From: Kiritimatiellia bacterium
GTDB taxonomy: Bacteria > Verrucomicrobiota > Kiritimatiellia > UBA8416 > JABMPJ01
Direction of reading: 5' to 3'
Length of the DNA stretch: 64,000 bases
Assembly: GCA_030745755.1 (NCBI GenBank)
Contig: JASLOA010000034.1
Span: 10,071 to 74,070 of the forward strand
The notes under the pieces were generated by a model, which saw only the letters and a list, made by a program, of their open reading frames with translations, did no database searches and had not been told where the DNA came from. This document shows positions 8,520 to 17,221 of the stretch, piece by piece. Position numbers and translations under genes: made by a program. Numbering within the stretch: the stretch's first letter is position 1; each line of letters begins with the position of its first letter.

Positions 8520-10328
8520 CTACCTGGGCTTCCGTGAATTCTTGCGTGTCTTGGCTTTGCCTGGCTTGCCCTTGCTTGGTTTACGCTTGCCGGGCTTGCC
8601 TGCCTTGGCTTTGACACGACGCTCAGTGCGTTTGGTGCGTTTGCTTTTCAGTTGGTCGTCGACCGGTTCGACGCGTACGTCGCGGCCGCCGACACGGGCC
8701 TTGCTCAGCATGTGCATGATCGGCTCGGCGTCCTCTGGCGCTATCTCGAAGAAGGAGTAGCGGCGCATGATGTCGACCTTCCGGATCGGCACCTTGCGGC
8801 CGCATTCCCGGTTGATCAGGTCGCCCAGCTTCTTGGGATTGATGCCATCGAGTCGGCCCAGGTTGATGAACATGCGGGCATCACGGGGTGATTGAGGTGG
8901 GGCTGGGCGCTCGGTCTGCACGCTGTGCTCGGTCTGCTCGGCCTGTTTCCGGGGTGTCGGCGTCTTTGGGGCCTTGGCGGGTTCAGCGGGTCGCTCGGTC
9001 TGTGTGCCGGGACCGCGATGGTGTTCGTCGCTGTAGTACTTGAGAAGGTTGCTGAACTCCAGCGCCATGAAACGTTTAACGATCTCTTCCTTGGGCATGC
9101 CTTCCAGGGTGGCATTGATCGCGGGCAGGTAGGGGTCGATCTGTCGATGGTCGATCTCCACGTTGCGCATGCGGTCAACCAGGCTGAAGAGCTGTGCTTC
9201 GCAGATCTGGTAGCCTGACGGCACGTTCCGGAAGTTGAATGTGGTGCCGATCATCTTCTGGATGCGCTTCACTTTCCCTCTCTCACGCATGTTGACGATG
9301 ACCACGGAGACACCGCTCTTGCCGGCGCGGCCTGTGCGCCCGCTGCGATGGGTATAGCTGTTCAGATCGTCGGGAAGATTGAAGTTGATCACGTGGGTGA
9401 GGTCATTGACATCCAGCCCGCGTGCGGCCACGTCGGTCGCCACCAGCATCTGGATGCTGCGCGTACGGAATTTCTGCATGACCCGGTCACGCTGGGCCTG
9501 CGAGAGATCGCCATGGATGGCATCGGCACTGTAGCCATCACGAATAAGCCAGTCGGCGATGCCTTGTGTATCCTGGCGCGTGCGGCAGAACACGATGGCG
9601 TACATGTCGGGGTAATAGTCGCAAATACGTTTCAGGGCCAGGTAGCGATCGCGTTGATGGACGACGTAGCACTCATGCGAGACGTTCTCGGCGCCTGCGT
9701 TGCGCTGTCCCACCGTAATCTCTTCGGGATGATCCATGTAGTTTTTGGCAATGGCCGCCACCTGGCGTGGCATTGTGGCCGAGAAAAGGAGTGTGTGAGC
9801 GCTATCGGGTACGCCGGCAAGGATCGCTTCCAGGTCCTCCTGGAATCCCATGTTGAGCATCTCATCGGCTTCATCGAGAATGACGCGTTCGATACCTGAG
9901 AGGTCGACGCGTTTGCGGCGCATAATGTCGAGCATCCGACCCGGCGTGCCGACAATCACGTGGACGCCGCGCTTCAGGGCTCTGAGCTGACCATCGATGG
10001 GGGTGCCCCCGTAGACCGCCAGGATGCTGATGCCCTTTGTGCAGCTCGCAAAGGCTTGCATATCGCGCGTGATCTGTACGCACAACTCCCGGGTCGGACA
10101 GAGGACGAGGGCCTGGGGTGATCGCTCATCACGCGTGAGCATCGTGAGGATAGGCAGGCCGAAGGCGGCTGTCTTGCCCGTGCCGGTCTGGGCCAGGGCC
10201 ACCACGTCGCCCTTGTTGTCGAGCAGTCGGGGAATCACCTGCGCCTGGACAGGGGTGGGGGACTCAAAGCCGAGGCGCGATATCCCCTCGAGCAGTTCGG
10301 GCGATAGGCCCAGTTCGTTGAATGTCAT
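8520..10328 (-). CDS. deaD: DEAD-box ATP-dependent RNA helicase (DeaD/CsdA-like) with long basic C-terminal tail
   Basis: AQTGTGKTAAF, PTRELCVQ, DEAD, SAT, HRSGRTGRAG motifs; K/R-rich C-terminus. Confidence 0.85.
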   Translation of the reverse strand: MTFNELGLSPELLEGISRLGFESPTPVQAQVIPRLLDNKGDVVALAQTGTGKTAAFGLPILTMLTRDERSPQALVLCPTRELCVQITRDMQAFASCTKGISILAVYGGTPIDGQLRALKRGVHVIVGTPGRMLDIMRRKRVDLSGIERVILDEADEMLNMGFQEDLEAILAGVPDSAHTLLFSATMPRQVAAIAKNYMDHPEEITVGQRNAGAENVSHECYVVHQRDRYLALKRICDYYPDMYAIVFCRTRQDTQGIADWLIRDGYSADAIHGDLSQAQRDRVMQKFRTRSIQMLVATDVAARGLDVNDLTHVINFNLPDDLNSYTHRSGRTGRAGKSGVSVVIVNMRERGKVKRIQKMIGTTFNFRNVPSGYQICEAQLFSLVDRMRNVEIDHRQIDPYLPAINATLEGMPKEEIVKRFMALEFSNLLKYYSDEHHRGPGTQTERPAEPAKAPKTPTPRKQAEQTEHSVQTERPAPPQSPRDARMFINLGRLDGINPKKLGDLINRECGRKVPIRKVDIMRRYSFFEIAPEDAEPIMHMLSKARVGGRDVRVEPVDDQLKSKRTKRTERRVKAKAGKPGKRKPSKGKPGKAKTRKNSRKPR

Positions 10329-10355
10329 AGCCTGATCCTTTATGCCAATGCCTTA

Positions 10356-10396
10356 GCCCGCATATTTCGTGACGAAAAAGTGTGAAATATGCGGGC
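10356..10396 (-). promoter_or_regulatory. Perfect 13-bp-stem A/U-rich hairpin in the deaD 5' leader (gcccgcatatttc...gaaatatgcgggc)
   Basis: Inverted repeat read directly; lies between the rbp terminator and the deaD start. Confidence 0.4.
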
Positions 10397-10407
10397 TGGG
10401 GTCAGGC

Positions 10408-10440
10408 AGACAAAAGAAAGGCGCGCCGAAGCGCGCCTTT
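10408..10440 (-). terminator. Rho-independent terminator after the RRM protein gene
   Basis: aaaggcgcgccgaagcgcgccttt hairpin followed on the minus strand by a U-rich run. Confidence 0.6.
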
Positions 10441-10464
10441 CCCAGTAGTCTTGTAACAGTGCTG

Positions 10465-10809
10465 TTACCAGCGATTGTCGCGGCGACCGCCGCCACCACC
10501 ACCGCCACCACCATAACCGCCACCGCCACCGCCGCCGCCGTAGCCACCACCGCCACCGCTGTTGCGGGGCTTGGGCTGCGACTCGTTAACGCGAAGGGCG
10601 CGACCATCACAGTCGTTTCCGTTCAGCGCGTTGATGGCTGCATCCGCCTCGGCCTTGTCCGGCATCTCAACGAAACCGAATCCCTTGGAGCGACCTGTCA
10701 TCCGGTCCATGATCACGCGTGACGATGTCACGGTGCCATGTGCGGAGAAGAGGTCCTGGAGTGTGTTATCATCTACCGAGTACGGCAGGTTTCCGACGTA
10801 GATATCCAT
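10465..10809 (-). CDS. RRM-type glycine-rich RNA-binding protein (cold-shock-type Rbp)
   Basis: MDIYVGNLPYSV...KGFGFVEM RNP motifs; GGGYGGGGG tail; SD ggagatatc upstream of the ATG at 10809. Confidence 0.85.
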   Translation of the reverse strand: MDIYVGNLPYSVDDNTLQDLFSAHGTVTSSRVIMDRMTGRSKGFGFVEMPDKAEADAAINALNGNDCDGRALRVNESQPKPRNSGGGGGYGGGGGGGGYGGGGGGGGGRRDNRW

Positions 10810-11273
10810 TATGATATCTCCTTGCTTCTGTCTGTCATGCTTCTTCTGTTCCCCCGACCAAGCACGATGACACAATGCAAAGAATCGGCGTCGGTCTTCC
10901 TTGACCGAATTCGGATAGTGGCATGGACAGCCAAGGAATGCAACCACGATTCACAGTCTTTTTGCGGCTATACGTGAAGGGCATGAGCTGACCATCGATC
11001 CGTGCTTCAGGGCAGTGCGCGCGGATTCAGCGGCCGGGGCCTGCTCTGCGGCTGCCGAGAATTACTCCGTCGCTGAAGTAGCGTACACGACAGCGGATGG
11101 ACTGTCTCCACCCGTCCAGTCCCCACCCGTCCCTAAGTAACTCGCTGGACAGGGCCAGCCCTGCTGCTATGCTCACCCAGAGCGAGAAGCGTTTGCTCGT
11201 TATCACCGGTATGGCCGTGGATATGAAGATCTCAATAACAGGTTGGATGCAGAAATACTAAGGAGGAATAGAC

Positions 11274-11381
11274 ATGGGTGATACAGGGAAGAAAGACAAA
11301 GGCAAAAGGGAGCAACAGAAGAAGGCCAAGCTGAGCGCAAAGGAAAAGAGACAAGCGAAGAGAGAAAAGAAGAGAGGATAG
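11274..11381 (+). CDS. Small 35-aa Lys/Arg-rich ORF (MGDTGKKDKGKREQQKKAKLSAKEKRQAKREKKRG)
   Basis: Perfect SD taaggagga 7 nt upstream of the ATG; below the ORF-track length cutoff. Confidence 0.35.
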   Translation: MGDTGKKDKGKREQQKKAKLSAKEKRQAKREKKRG

Positions 11382-11451
11382 CTCCGGCTTTCTCTCTGGC
11401 TAGCCCCCGGCTCGCCTCTTGAAGCGCAGAGATGTGGTTCTTACGTAAGTG

Positions 11452-12855
11452 TTACGTAAGGAGTGCTTTCTTGTAGCGCCGGGAGATGGCTGAGTAGGCG
11501 AGGGTGCAGAGGATCAGGTTCAGGGCCCAGGTCCAATTCATCATGTTGCTGCTTCGCTCTGTTGAGTCATACAAAACGCCGAAGTATCCGAGGGGGCTGC
11601 ATATGGCAAAGTCGCTGCTGTCGAATACGCCCGCCAGGATGAGGGGGAGAATGGCGTAGAGCAGACCGATGAACGCGATCAGGATATGAATCTTCGGGCT
11701 GACGGGGCGGTAGACCTGTACGAGCTCGAAGAGCAGAACATAGAAGAGCGCGAAGAGAGTAAGCGTGATCAGCCATACAACGGCATGGGCCAGTGAGATG
11801 CCGCAGACCAATCCGCACGGGAGACCGGTCACGAGGGCGAGCGCCAGCAGGACGAACACGACCCGCAGGTTGGATTGCATCAGTGTGAAGCGCAGCAATC
11901 CAGGTCTCTGCGCCGGTTGGGCTGCCAACTCCTCGATGGTGCTGTTGAATGGGAGGAAGGAGCCCGCACCGGTCAGGATTGACAGGCCCAGCGAAAGCCC
12001 CCAGAACGTAATGCAGACTTCCTCCGCGTGGTTGTCCCTGAAATGGGGCGAGCACAGGCCGAGCAGGATCAAGAGCCCCCCCAGCATGAAGCCTGCCGCG
12101 CCGCGGGCGGTAAACATGGGCGCCTCTTCAACCCGAAACTGCCGGCAGATCCCCTTGAAAACCCACACGGACAGGTAAAGGGCGATGGCGCTGATCAGAA
12201 CCAGGCCCCGCGTCTCCCATGCCATGAAGGGAATGGTGAAATCCGCAAGGCCGTCCGTATCCATGAGACTGGCCACGATGCTGATGAAGGGGCCTATCAA
12301 CATGAAGCCAAGAAACACGACCACAATCGGTGACGTCGTGCGCTGGTTCTCGCTCACGCGCTGGGCCACCGACGCCAGGAGCGCGAGAAGATTCATTGCG
12401 ATGCTGATGCTGAGAATCAGGAAGATCAGTTCCACCAGAACGCCGACGGGTACCCGGGCAAACAAGGCGCTCACAACGATGAGGAAGAATGTGATCGCAC
12501 CCAGCAGGTAAGCCACAAGATTCTTGCCGATCACAATACCGACCGTCTTCTTCCATGGCGGTAGAGGGAGGAGCTTGAAGAAGTCGTAAGACTTGTCTCG
12601 CCGCTCATCCCGAATGGCGGAGGCCACGTTAATGGAGGTCCAGATCCACAGGACCAGGATCTGGAGCGTGGTGAACTGGGCGAACAGAGATTGGCACATG
12701 CCGTCGAGATCGACACCCGCTGATTCGCTGTAGGCTGCCAGTGTGATCAGGAGCATCAGGACGGCAATCGTGGCGTAGATGCCCACGTAGATGCCGAACT
12801 GGCGCGGGCGCATCAGGCTGTAACGGAATCGCTCGATGAGAGGGTTGTTAAACAT
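11452..12855 (-). CDS. Polytopic membrane permease of an ABC-2-type transporter
   Basis: About 468 aa with many TM segments; start overlaps the upstream ATPase stop by 8 nt. Confidence 0.6.
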   Translation of the reverse strand: MFNNPLIERFRYSLMRPRQFGIYVGIYATIAVLMLLITLAAYSESAGVDLDGMCQSLFAQFTTLQILVLWIWTSINVASAIRDERRDKSYDFFKLLPLPPWKKTVGIVIGKNLVAYLLGAITFFLIVVSALFARVPVGVLVELIFLILSISIAMNLLALLASVAQRVSENQRTTSPIVVVFLGFMLIGPFISIVASLMDTDGLADFTIPFMAWETRGLVLISAIALYLSVWVFKGICRQFRVEEAPMFTARGAAGFMLGGLLILLGLCSPHFRDNHAEEVCITFWGLSLGLSILTGAGSFLPFNSTIEELAAQPAQRPGLLRFTLMQSNLRVVFVLLALALVTGLPCGLVCGISLAHAVVWLITLTLFALFYVLLFELVQVYRPVSPKIHILIAFIGLLYAILPLILAGVFDSSDFAICSPLGYFGVLYDSTERSSNMMNWTWALNLILCTLAYSAISRRYKKALLT

Positions 12856-13789
12856 TCTGGTCCTCCTGGCCTGAGATCTGCACAAAGACGTCTTCGAGGC
12901 TCATCTCCTCCGTGGCAAAGGTCACGACGTCGAGCCCGGCCTCCACGAGTTGTCGGTTCAGCATCGCCAGCGCATTCCGGTCTTCCGGCGCGGTCACGAT
13001 GAGATCGTTGCCGTCAGATGATGAGAGCGAGTACTGGTCTGACGATTCGATGATGTGCGCGGCTTTCCCGGCATCGGCCAGGACCGATATGCGTACCTTG
13101 CTTTCGCCGGCCGCGCGTCTCTGGACTTCATCCACATCGCCAAACACCTCCATCCTGCCCTTGTTCATGATGGCGATGTGCGAGCAGAACCCGGATAGCT
13201 CGGTCAGGATGTGGGACGAGATGAGGACGGTTCGACCTTCCTCACTCAGCTTCTTCAGAACCCGGCGCAGTCCGATGCGCGCTTCCGGGTCCAGGCCGGA
13301 GGCCGGTTCATCGAGCAGGAAGAGATCAGGCTCATGGACAATCAGGGACGCCACGCCGAGGCGTTGGACCATGCCGCGCGACAGGTGGCGAATCAGGCTG
13401 TCGGCCTTGTCGGTTAGGTTGACGTACTCCAGGGCTGTTCGGCTTCTGTCGTTAGCCGTGGTGACGTCGGTGCCGTAAGCGCGGGCAAAGAACACCAGGC
13501 ATTCTCGTAGTGTAAGGTCCTTGTAGAGATTGAAGAAATCAGGCAGGTACCCGATGCGCTTCCGGATATCCAGGTAGTCGCGCTGAACATCGCAGCCCAA
13601 TACCGCCGCACTGCCGGAGGTGGGGGAGAGCAGCGTGCCCAGCATGCGCAGGAGTGTGGTCTTGCCGGCGCCGTTCGGTCCAATCAGGCCGACGACCTGT
13701 CCGGCGTCAACATGGATGCTCACATCCCGGACGGCGACCAGTGTGCCATAGTCCTTGCGCAGGGATTGGGTCTGAATCACGGATGACAT
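12848..13789 (-). CDS. ABC transporter ATP-binding protein
   Basis: GPNGAGKTT, LSRGMVQRLGVA, LFLLDEPASGLD; start taken at MSSVIQ (13789) rather than the upstream ORF extension. Confidence 0.85.
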   Translation of the reverse strand: MSSVIQTQSLRKDYGTLVAVRDVSIHVDAGQVVGLIGPNGAGKTTLLRMLGTLLSPTSGSAAVLGCDVQRDYLDIRKRIGYLPDFFNLYKDLTLRECLVFFARAYGTDVTTANDRSRTALEYVNLTDKADSLIRHLSRGMVQRLGVASLIVHEPDLFLLDEPASGLDPEARIGLRRVLKKLSEEGRTVLISSHILTELSGFCSHIAIMNKGRMEVFGDVDEVQRRAAGESKVRISVLADAGKAAHIIESSDQYSLSSSDGNDLIVTAPEDRNALAMLNRQLVEAGLDVVTFATEEMSLEDVFVQISGQEDQNV

Positions 13790-13938
13790 CGTATTGTCCT
13801 TTCCGCCGTGCCGACACGGCCACGGCATCCATTCTGAAACTCTGCGCACTGTTGCGCGTTTGACGCGGCGGGTCAATCGCATTCCCGTTTTAGGCTTTTG
13901 TGCTGTTGCCCGTTGGGACGAGTTGGCTCAAGCAGCGT

Positions 13939-14131
13939 GGTGTCAACAACTCGGCGCAGCATCCTGCGGCGATCTCACGCCATCTGCCGGTTTTTCGGAA
14001 GGTTCGCGGGCAAGAGCCCTGCTCACCCACCGAGAAAACCACCATCTGGCGCAAGCTCACCACAGGATGCTGCTCTGATCCGAGTTGTTGCCACGTTTGC
14101 CACACCACGCCGCCCTTGCGGGCGGACGAGG
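13939..14131 (+). repeat. Family-3 ~195-nt palindromic element, copy 1 (candidate structured ncRNA or regulatory element)
   Basis: Aligns with 20925-21120; outer stem caacaactcggcgcagcatcctg / caggatgctgctctgatccgagttgttg; conserved core and 3' hairpin gccgcccttgcgggcgg. Confidence 0.6.
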
Positions 14132-14362
14132 TGTCTGGTGTGGAATGGGGCAAGCCATTCATTGTGCACTCTGTCTGCACTGCTGTCATTTCGCAATCGA
14201 ACAACGCAAAGAACTCCATTTGAGTTGGAAGGGCCGTGTCAACGTCAGTATCCTGAAAAAGGGCGTTGACCTGAAGTAAGGTAATGCCCTACTCTGGGCA
14301 GAACCGGACAGGAGTGGACACGGGCGGACATATGGTTGTGTGTTGCGGCGTTGGAGGGGTAG

Positions 14363-15079
14363 ATGCCTGAAGAGAGTGCTGTTAATGGTGAGATGACCGA
14401 TGCGGTCATGACATTGCAGGAGGTTGCGGCCTATCTGAAGGTCTCCGAAAAGACCATTACGCGCATGGTGCAGGCGGGGGAACTGCCCGGACTGAAGGTG
14501 TCCAACCAGTGGCGCTTTATCCGTGCGGCAATCGATGACTGGCTGACCCGCCGCATGTACAACCAGGCCAGTGAGCAACTGGCTGAAGTCATCCAACCTC
14601 CCCACGAAGAGCTCTCGCTCCCTCTGCTGCTTACGCCGAACCGCATCATCCTGGATCTTCAGCCGGGGCCGCAGGAAGATGTCCTTGCTCGACTTGTTGC
14701 GCCGTTGATCAAAGAGGGCACGGTCACGGATCCGACCCGCTACATGGCGGCACTGATCGGACGCGAGAAGATCGTATCTACTGCGATCGGCGATGGTGTC
14801 GCGATCCCGCATGCGCGCGATCCGGAACATTCGGCTCTCGCAAAGAGCTGCATGGCGCTGGGCATCTGCCGCGATGGCATGCCGTTTGGAGCGATCGATA
14901 AGAAGCCGACGAAGCTATTCTTCCTGATCGGCGGCACGTCGACCGAGGATCATCTACGCCTGGTGGCGCGGACGATGTTGATGTTACGGAAGCCAGACTT
15001 CATTGATGCTCTGGTGGCAGCTCAAACCAGAGAGGTCGCGTGTGAGCTCGTGGCGACCGCAAGCGGGGTGGGGGCATGA
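14363..15079 (+). CDS. Excisionase/MerR-type HTH domain fused to a PTS EIIA type-2 (PtsN-like) domain
   Basis: N-terminal MTLQEVAAYLKVSEKTITRMVQAGELPG HTH; C-terminal GDGVAIPHAR EIIA-2 active-site motif. Confidence 0.75.
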   Translation: MPEESAVNGEMTDAVMTLQEVAAYLKVSEKTITRMVQAGELPGLKVSNQWRFIRAAIDDWLTRRMYNQASEQLAEVIQPPHEELSLPLLLTPNRIILDLQPGPQEDVLARLVAPLIKEGTVTDPTRYMAALIGREKIVSTAIGDGVAIPHARDPEHSALAKSCMALGICRDGMPFGAIDKKPTKLFFLIGGTSTEDHLRLVARTMLMLRKPDFIDALVAAQTREVACELVATASGVGA

Positions 15080-15143
15080 GTCAGAGGACGTTATGCGGTG
15101 CCAATCCGTTCGGCTGTGAGATGACAATGGCAGGTGGTGAGAG

Positions 15144-16403
15144 ATGAATGGGTTGCCCGTTATGCTTGTGCATTTCAAGGAGGTGCTTGGTGCCCACCCC
15201 ATGTTTGCGGCGGGCCTCCTGCTGATGTCGGGCTATTTCATAGGTAAACTGGCTGCCCGGGTCTGTCTGCCGGAGATTACCGGCTATATCGTGGCCGGTC
15301 TCCTCATGAGCGAGGGGGTCACCGGAGTGTTCTCCGCTGAGATGGGCGAGTCGTTCCGGATCGTAACCGAGGTGGCGCTCGGCCTGATTGCACTGACGAT
15401 CGGGGCCGAGTTCTCGGGTTCCAAGCTGAGGCGGATAGAGGCCAAATCCGTGGTGATTGCCGCTGCGCAGATCGTGGCAACGTTTGGTGCAGTGGCGGGT
15501 GCTCTTCTGCTGATGAAGATGAGTCTGCCTTTTGCACTGTTGTTGGGCGCCATTGCGACGGCCACTGCACCTGCGGCAACGGTAGCGGTCGTGCAGTCCC
15601 TGCGCGCGCGCGGACCGTTCATTGATTATCTCTACGGGATCGTTGCACTCGACGATGCGGGCTGTGTCATTCTCTTCGGAGTGGTCTTCGCCTTTGCCTC
15701 GCAGATGCTTCAGGTCGGTGCGGAAACGGTCCATGCCGGTAGTCAAGTCGTTCATGCGTTTGCCGAGGTGGGGCTTTCGATTCTGATTGGGCTGGTGAGC
15801 GGATACCTGGTGCACAAGGTTACGAAGAATAAGGAAGGCAGCAATGAGATCACGATTCTGTCGGTAAGTATCATTTTTCTGACGACGGCGTTTGCCATCC
15901 AGTTGCACCTTTCGCCGCTGTTGACCAATATGGCGGCGGGCAGTGCGCTGGTAAACCTCTCGGCGCGAAACCATCGCATCTTTCGGATTCTCGAGCCGCT
16001 GACGCCTCCGGTCTATGCGCTCTTCTTCATCATTGCGGGCACCGAACTCGATCTGGGAGTCTTTGCCAATCCGCGGGTGCTGAGCCTGGGCCTGGTGTAT
16101 ATCCTCTTTCGCTCCATCGGGAAATATGGTGGCGTCTGGGTCGGTTGTGCAGCGACCAGGCTTCCGCTTCCGATTCGGGATAACCTTGGATGGTGCATGC
16201 TCCCGCAGGCAGGTGTTGCCATAGGGCTTGTCTTGCTGGTTCAGACCTCTCCGCTTGCCGCAAGCTTGCCGCCAGAAGTCGCCCGAACCATGGGCGATAT
16301 GGTCAATATTGTGCTGCTCTCTGTATTCGTTAACGAGCTGATTGGACCACCCCTTTCGAAATACGCGATCATCCGCGGCAATGGTATGGAGGACGTGCGA
16401 TGA
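15144..16403 (+). CDS. Cation:proton antiporter (CPA1/CPA2, Na+/H+ exchanger family)
   Basis: 419 aa; about 11-12 TM helices; typical Na_H_exchanger composition. Confidence 0.8.
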   Translation: MNGLPVMLVHFKEVLGAHPMFAAGLLLMSGYFIGKLAARVCLPEITGYIVAGLLMSEGVTGVFSAEMGESFRIVTEVALGLIALTIGAEFSGSKLRRIEAKSVVIAAAQIVATFGAVAGALLLMKMSLPFALLLGAIATATAPAATVAVVQSLRARGPFIDYLYGIVALDDAGCVILFGVVFAFASQMLQVGAETVHAGSQVVHAFAEVGLSILIGLVSGYLVHKVTKNKEGSNEITILSVSIIFLTTAFAIQLHLSPLLTNMAAGSALVNLSARNHRIFRILEPLTPPVYALFFIIAGTELDLGVFANPRVLSLGLVYILFRSIGKYGGVWVGCAATRLPLPIRDNLGWCMLPQAGVAIGLVLLVQTSPLAASLPPEVARTMGDMVNIVLLSVFVNELIGPPLSKYAIIRGNGMEDVR

Positions 16404-17218
16404 ACTTCTATGACATTCTAAGTGAACAGAGCTGTATGCCGCATGTGCATGGCAACACGCGTGACGAGGTGCTGCGCTCCCTCGCGCGACACGCCGCCGC
16501 TCTGCCGCAAATGGAGGCGGTCAGCGAAGAAGATATCTACGAAAAGCTGCTGGCGCGTGAAGAGGAGGGCAGTACGGGGTTTGGGCACGGCATGGCCATT
16601 CCGCATGCCCGTTATGCTGCTGCGGATGGATTTGTGTTGCTGATTGCCACCTCACGCAAAGGCGTCGATTTCAGAGCGATCGATAAGAAGAAGGTGAAGG
16701 TCTTCTTCGTGTTGCTTGGGCCCGAGGATGCCCCGCGCGATCACCTGAAAGTACTGGCCGGGATATCGAGTATCGTGTCGCGCTCGAACGTGTGCAGGCA
16801 GCTCGAAGTGTCAGTGACCCCCTCCGCGATGTATGAAGCCTTTATGAGCAAAACCGACGAGAAGCCAGAGGCGGCCCGCGAGGCGATGAAGCTACTGAAC
16901 GTCGTGCTCTACGAGGACAGGTTCTTCTACGATATTATCGAACTCTTCATTGAGGAAGGGATCGATGGCGCGACAATACTCGAGTCCTCGGGCATGGGGC
17001 AGTACATATCCAATATTCCGCTTTTCGCCAGTTTCATGGGCTTCATGAACGAGGATAAGAACCGCAGCCGGACGATTATGGCCACCGTTCCAGAGAGCCG
17101 GGTTGAGAGGCTTATTCGGGGCATCGAAGGCATCACGGGCGACCTCGACAAGAAGCAGGGCGCGATGGTGATGGTGCTCGACGTTGCCTTTACCAAGGGA
17201 AGTATGAAGATGATGTAG
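16400..17218 (+). CDS. PTS EIIA type-2 domain fused to DUF190 (PII-like fold) domain
   Basis: GHGMAIPHAR EIIA motif at the N-terminus; C-terminal ...IIELFIEEGIDGATILESSGMGQ...RTIMATVPESRVERLI matches the DUF190/COG1993 pattern; ATGA overlap with the antiporter. Confidence 0.7.
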   Translation: MNFYDILSEQSCMPHVHGNTRDEVLRSLARHAAALPQMEAVSEEDIYEKLLAREEEGSTGFGHGMAIPHARYAAADGFVLLIATSRKGVDFRAIDKKKVKVFFVLLGPEDAPRDHLKVLAGISSIVSRSNVCRQLEVSVTPSAMYEAFMSKTDEKPEAAREAMKLLNVVLYEDRFFYDIIELFIEEGIDGATILESSGMGQYISNIPLFASFMGFMNEDKNRSRTIMATVPESRVERLIRGIEGITGDLDKKQGAMVMVLDVAFTKGSMKMM

Positions 17219-17221
17219 GGG

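Noticed and set aside
9348-9899. Long antisense ORFs inside real genes (e.g. 9348..9899 +, 5112..6116 -, 15081..15974 -, 22280..23140 +, 26831..27973 -, 27556..28947 -, 31730..32893 -, 37540..38553 -, 45385..46287 -, 46894..47709 -, 53380..54207 -, 56363..57187 -, 62355..63488 -)
   Set aside because: Typical stop-poor shadow frames of a high-GC genome. Their products are low-complexity R/P/A/G-rich, and each overlaps a gene with strong family signatures on the other strand.
10353-10722. ORFs 10353..10610 (-) and 10369..10722 (+), rich in A/T/V repeats
   Set aside because: These are alternative-frame readings of the GGN-repeat region encoding the glycine-rich tail of the RRM protein.
12848-13882. 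ABC ATPase ORF starting at 13882
   Set aside because: The first 31 codons (MRLTRRVKRATVRRVSEWMPWPCRHGGKDNT) have no ABC homology and overlap the promoter region. The start was reassigned to MSSVIQ at 13789 with an upstream GGAAAGGA.
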